This document shows, one piece after another, positions 28,622 to 32,000 of a stretch of 32,000 bases of DNA. Both the position numbers and the translations under genes were made by a program. How positions within the stretch are numbered: position 1 is the stretch's first letter; each line of letters opens with the position of its first letter. This DNA is from Flavobacteriaceae bacterium (GTDB taxonomy: Bacteria; Bacteroidota; Bacteroidia; Flavobacteriales; Flavobacteriaceae), in the NCBI GenBank assembly GCA_965224465.1, contig OZ245049.1:4980001-5012000 (forward strand), given 5' to 3'. The notes under the pieces were generated by a model, which did not search any database, had not been told where the DNA came from, and saw only the letters and a list, made by a program, of their open reading frames with translations.

Positions 28622-28780
28622 TCCCGATGGCGCGGACATACCGCCCACGTGATAGCGCGGATTTGCAATCCGTGCCCACAAAGTGCGTCACGTAAGGTTG
28701 CTCCCCCCGCTGCCGCGTGAGTAACCGCAGCGCTACCACGTAGATTGTATCTCGTGGCGTCAGAGAGTAAGCCACGCAGC
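28622..28780. repeat. GC-rich junction modules, junction 3 (X unit then Y unit)
   Basis: The X unit is ggcgcggacataccgcccacgtgatagcgcggatttgcaatccgtgccc. The Y unit is gagtaaccgcagcgctaccacgtagattgtatctcgtggcgtcagagagtaagccacgcagc. The order is the opposite of junction 1. Confidence 0.8.
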
Positions 28781-29350
28781 AATTAAAACTACTAAAACCA
28801 CAGCAGAAATGTTGTGGTTTTTTACATGCTGGCTACACATACATTTCCCTCCTCCTCCTCCTTGTCAAAACCTACGGATTCAAAGACGGCACAAATACAG
28901 ACAACGACTATACCTACGACAAAAACGGAAACATGATCTCCGATGCCAATAAAGGGATTAGCGCCATAACCTACAATTATTTAAACCTACCCACCAAAGT
29001 AAGTTTTGGAACTAACCGTTTTATTGATTATATTTACGATGCCTCAGGTGTAAAGCAACAAAAAGTAGTAACTGAGGGAAGTTCTTTAACAACCACGCAA
29101 TACGCAGGTAATTATATTTATGAAAATAACAACCTTCAATTCTTTAATCATGCAGAGGGCTATGTAGAGCCAGTTATTGCGAGCGGTAGCGCGGCAATCT
29201 CATCCTTTAACTATGTGTACCAATACAAAGACCATTTAGGGAATATCAGACTGTCATATACTGATGCAGATGGGAATGGGACAATTAAACAGGATGAAAT
29301 TATTGAAGAAAATAATTATTATCCCTTTGGACTGAAACATAAAGGGTATA
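28768..29350 (+). repeat. conserved cassette block, copy 4 (homology with copy 2 continues to ~29510)
   Basis: It is a direct repeat. The extra ~160 bp (SSLGNSVAQRYKFGGKEYDESFDGTLNTYDFGARNYDPAIGRWMNIDPLA) is shared only with cassette 2. Confidence 0.9.
28798..28823 (+). terminator. terminator-like hairpin plus T-run inside junction 3
   Basis: The hairpin is ccacagca gaaa tgttgtgg, followed by T6. Confidence 0.6.
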
Positions 29351-30294
29351 ATTTTAATACATCTTCTTTAGGGAATTCGGTAGCGCAACGCTATAAGTTT
29401 GGAGGAAAGGAATATGATGAAAGTTTTGATGGCACTTTAAATACCTATGATTTTGGAGCAAGGAACTATGATCCTGCAATTGGTAGGTGGATGAATATTG
29501 ACCCGCTTGCGGAATTAATGATGACATATAGTCCTTATAATTATGCATTTAATAATCCGATTTATTATATTGATTCAGACGGAATGTCGCCCTATAATTC
29601 GGTAATTAAGTCTGATTATTATAGAGATAAGAACAACAATGTATGGTATGATTCTAATGTTTTTGGCCCTAGTGATGTTCCTAATGGAGGGACTTATATG
29701 GGACCCACATATTATGATGAAATAAATGGAACATTTTGGGATGTAAATGGGGATCCTCACACTAGAGTGCAGGCTTTAAATGAAGTAGTTGTAACAGGAA
29801 CATCTTCTAGTGCTTTTACTATTTATGGAATCGGTACAGATACTTCAGTAGAAAAATCTAGTGGTTTTACTACTCATGGGGCTGGTACAGATACTTCAGG
29901 TAGAGAGGGTATTACTACTCATGGAATAGGTTATGATGATTTTACTCCTTTAGGTGGCGGAGGTAAATCAAGTTCTGTTTTAGCTCAAATTTTAAGATTT
30001 ATTAGTGGTTTATTCTCAACGGTAAATAATGTAAATAAAGTATTTGAACCTAATGTGTCTACAATGGAGAACATTGAAAAAGAGGAATCAAAGAAAACAC
30101 CAGGAAATGTGAAAGTTGTTTTAAAACATTATCTAAAATCATTTCATAAAAAAGATGGAATGGGCAATGTTTTTCATAAAATTGATTCTATAGTTCGAGA
30201 TACTGTTGAAATTAAAACTTTTAACATAGAGAAAACAAAAGATTCAGTTAGAAATCAAAATGCAAATAGAAAAAGGAGAGTAAGAGAATGGTAA
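28933..30294 (+). CDS. orphan RHS C-terminal fragment 4: YD repeats plus RHS core plus C-terminal domain of unknown type
   Basis: It starts at the conserved ATG (MISDANKG). The RHS core ends at IDSDGM (29572..29586). The ~235-aa C-terminus has three tandem [FI]T[IT][YH]G[IA]G[TY]D[TD] motifs, a Gly run, a hydrophobic helix and a Lys/Arg-rich tail. I recognise no catalytic motif. Confidence 0.8.
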   Translation: MISDANKGISAITYNYLNLPTKVSFGTNRFIDYIYDASGVKQQKVVTEGSSLTTTQYAGNYIYENNNLQFFNHAEGYVEPVIASGSAAISSFNYVYQYKDHLGNIRLSYTDADGNGTIKQDEIIEENNYYPFGLKHKGYNFNTSSLGNSVAQRYKFGGKEYDESFDGTLNTYDFGARNYDPAIGRWMNIDPLAELMMTYSPYNYAFNNPIYYIDSDGMSPYNSVIKSDYYRDKNNNVWYDSNVFGPSDVPNGGTYMGPTYYDEINGTFWDVNGDPHTRVQALNEVVVTGTSSSAFTIYGIGTDTSVEKSSGFTTHGAGTDTSGREGITTHGIGYDDFTPLGGGGKSSSVLAQILRFISGLFSTVNNVNKVFEPNVSTMENIEKEESKKTPGNVKVVLKHYLKSFHKKDGMGNVFHKIDSIVRDTVEIKTFNIEKTKDSVRNQNANRKRRVREW

Positions 30295-30317
30295 TTTTAA
30301 TTAAAAAAAACATAATT

Positions 30318-30830
30318 ATGTATAAATATTTTTATTCATTTATCCTAGCATTAGTTATTGTTATTGGCTGTAATAATAGAAACCCCAGCATTAAAGAATC
30401 TAATATAAAAAGTGAAGAAGTAGTAAAATCTAATAATTCATTCCAAATTATTGAAAAGAAAAAAACAGAGTACAATGAGTATATAGGATTGATTGAGTTA
30501 AGTGACACTATATATATTGGAAAGAACGTTGGAAAAATTGTTAATTATAAGCCAAGAAGGAGTGATATCGATTATTTATTATCAGTTATTATTGAAAACG
30601 AATATGATAATGGCAGAATAGTTAAAGATACATTTAGTGATGGCACATTAGCCCCTTGGTTTGGGGTCTATGCAAACAAGATTGGTTTCAAAAAAATTAG
30701 AGGGACTATTTTAGAAGAAGCTCTGAATGACGATAAAAGTAAATTTGATAGCGTTTTACGAATTGAAAGAACTTTTATTCATTTCGTAAAAGAAGTGTAT
30801 GTAATGGATAGTATTTTCAGGGTAGAGTAA
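30318..30830 (+). CDS. lipoprotein, candidate immunity protein for cassette 4
   Basis: The internal start MYKYFYSFILALVIVIGC gives a signal peptide with a lipobox Cys. The listed start at 30288 overlaps the toxin stop (ATGGTAA) and is the alternative start. Confidence 0.55.
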   Translation: MYKYFYSFILALVIVIGCNNRNPSIKESNIKSEEVVKSNNSFQIIEKKKTEYNEYIGLIELSDTIYIGKNVGKIVNYKPRRSDIDYLLSVIIENEYDNGRIVKDTFSDGTLAPWFGVYANKIGFKKIRGTILEEALNDDKSKFDSVLRIERTFIHFVKEVYVMDSIFRVE

Positions 30831-30835
30831 GCATA

Positions 30836-30907
30836 CCTCCCCGTTGGTGCGCGAATAACCGCCATCGCTATTACACGAATCTTTCATGTAGTGTCCACGA
30901 GTAAGCC
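30836..30907. repeat. GC-rich junction module, junction 4 (single, more diverged Y unit)
   Basis: The unit is cctccccgttggtgcgcgaataaccgccatcgctattacacgaatctttcatgtagtgtccacgagtaagcc. Confidence 0.7.
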
Positions 30908-31497
30908 AACAAGCAATTAAAACAACAAAACCACAGCAGTAAGCTGTGGTTTTTTTATATGTTGGCTACACATACATTTCCCTCCTCCTCCTTGTCATTT
31001 CCATAAAGGAAAGACAAAACCTACGGATTCAAAGACGGCACAAATACAGGCAACGTATACCTACGACAAAAACGGAAACATGATCTCCGATGCCAATAAA
31101 GAGATTAGCGCCATAACCTACAATTATTTAAACCTACCCGTCAAAGTAGTTTTTGGAACTAACCGTTTTATTGATTATATTTACAATGCCTCAGGAGTAA
31201 AACAACAAAAAGTAGTAACTGAGGGAAGTTCTTTAACAACCACGCAATACGCGGGTAATTATATTTATGAGAATAACAACCTTCAATTCTTTAATCATGC
31301 AGAGGGCTATGTAGAACCAGTTATTGCGAGCGGTAGCGCGGCAATCTCATCCTTTAACTATGTGTATCAATACAAAGACCATTTAGGGAATATCAGACTG
31401 TCATACACAGATGCAGATGGGAATGGGACAATTAAACAGGATGAAATTATTGAAGAAAATAATTATTATCCCTTTGGACTGAAACATAAGGGGTATA
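30902..31497 (+). repeat. conserved cassette block, copy 5
   Basis: It is a direct repeat of the other blocks. It contains a 19-bp palindromic insertion (atttccataaaggaaagac) after the CCT tract and a 2-nt deletion near 31055. Confidence 0.9.
30931..30956 (+). terminator. terminator-like hairpin plus T-run inside junction 4
   Basis: The hairpin ccacagc agtaa gctgtgg is followed by T7. The loop differs from junctions 2 and 3, and the G.T pair is now G-C, so the stem is preserved. Confidence 0.6.
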
Positions 31498-32000
31498 ATA
31501 CTAACATAAATGGAAGGTATCATAAATATGGTTTTAGTGGTAAAGAAGAGCAAGATGAACTAGGTCTTGGCTGGATTGATATTACTGCTAGGAATTATGA
31601 TGCTGCTTTGGGTAGATGGATGAACATTGACCCATTAGCAGAAAAAATGCGTAGACATAGTCCATATAATTATGCATACAATAATCCTATTTTCTTTATT
31701 GACCCTGATGGAATGGCACCTGTAGATTGGTATATTGACAGAAGAACAGGTAAGGTTCTTGGGCAAGATGGTGCATCAACGAATAATTTAAGGGTTATTG
31801 ATAAACGTGAATGGGACGGCGTAAAGGAAGATCACGGAGGTAGTATTTCTACTGCAGCGACAAAAGAACTTCAAGATAATAGTAAATTAATAACAGTTAA
31901 TGAATCGCAAATTCAAAATGAGGTTCAATCTGTTGCTGATGACACAAAAAGTGAAGGATTCGAAAATCAAGCGTTTATAACATTAAATGTGAATTCAGGA
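31080..32000 (+). CDS. orphan RHS C-terminal fragment 5 (3' end beyond the window), with a further distinct C-terminal domain
   Basis: My own translation from the conserved ATG at 31080 is open to the window end (307 codons). It reads MISDANKEISAITYNYLNLP ... YQYKDHLGNIRLSY ... ARNYDAALGRWMNIDPLA ... FFIDPDGM (31701..31715), then unrelated sequence (APVDWYIDRRTGKVLGQDG...). The ORF track does not list it because it has no stop in the window. Confidence 0.8.
   Translation, partial: MISDANKEISAITYNYLNLPVKVVFGTNRFIDYIYNASGVKQQKVVTEGSSLTTTQYAGNYIYENNNLQFFNHAEGYVEPVIASGSAAISSFNYVYQYKDHLGNIRLSYTDADGNGTIKQDEIIEENNYYPFGLKHKGYNTNINGRYHKYGFSGKEEQDELGLGWIDITARNYDAALGRWMNIDPLAEKMRRHSPYNYAYNNPIFFIDPDGMAPVDWYIDRRTGKVLGQDGASTNNLRVIDKREWDGVKEDHGGSISTAATKELQDNSKLITVNESQIQNEVQSVADDTKSEGFENQAFITLNVNSG

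Noticed and set aside
28658-28672. A tRNA-Cys-like anticodon arm appears on the minus strand (cggaTTGCAAAtccg, identical in form to a tRNA-Cys anticodon stem-loop). This raised the idea of a tRNA gene or tRNA-derived att site in the X unit.
   Set aside because: The flanks do not fold into D, T or acceptor arms, with no GTTCRANYC T-loop and no 7-bp acceptor pairing. The junction-1 copy has TTACAAA instead. It is most likely just one of the small hairpins of the GC-rich unit.
22638-31497. A diversity-generating retroelement (template/variable repeat pairs) was considered as an explanation for the near-identical blocks.
   Set aside because: Differences between copies are scattered, mostly synonymous transitions, and are not adenine-specific. 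There is no reverse transcriptase, and variability lies in wholesale domain replacement, not point hypermutation.
22596-32000. The regularly spaced repeats (period about 2.1-2.4 kb) could have been a CRISPR-like array.
   Set aside because: The repeat units are ~600 bp of protein-coding RHS sequence and the 'spacers' are whole genes. There are no short (25-40 bp) repeat/spacer units and no cas genes.

Overview
This is an AT-rich (roughly one-third GC by eye) chromosome segment that looks like Bacteroidota/Flavobacteriia. From 1-10126 there are two tandem SusC/SusD-like outer-membrane uptake pairs. The first SusC is cut by the window edge, and no glycoside hydrolase is in view. A ROK-type kinase follows. 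From 11.6-20 kb the genes are ordinary housekeeping: a lysozyme-like secreted protein, a minus-strand dapF-GNAT-mltG operon, an HtrA protease, a long-form GAPDH and ligA, several with clean rho-independent terminators. From about 20.1 kb the character changes. A gene-poor stretch carries three copies of a 70-155 bp repeat that bracket a cold-shock gene and a YhhN membrane protein. From 22.6 kb to the window end there are at least five same-strand tandem orphan RHS C-terminal cassettes. Each cassette has a conserved block of about 0.55-0.6 kb (last YD repeats plus RHS core, about 90-95% identical by eye). After a DPxG cleavage motif comes a different C-terminal toxin domain, then a small unrelated ORF that is probably the immunity gene. 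The window contains no full-length rhs gene, secretion-system gene or recombinase. Cassette 2 is interrupted by an ISL3-family IS with no target-site duplication, and its toxin domain is missing. The cassettes are joined by a conserved non-coding junction. It consists of GC-rich 50-75 bp modules (1-2 per junction, permuted, once nested), a terminator-like hairpin, a variable-length CCT tract and an A-rich ATG context. This cassette array and its junction element are my main candidate for something undescribed. All homology calls come from motif recognition by eye; no searches were run.
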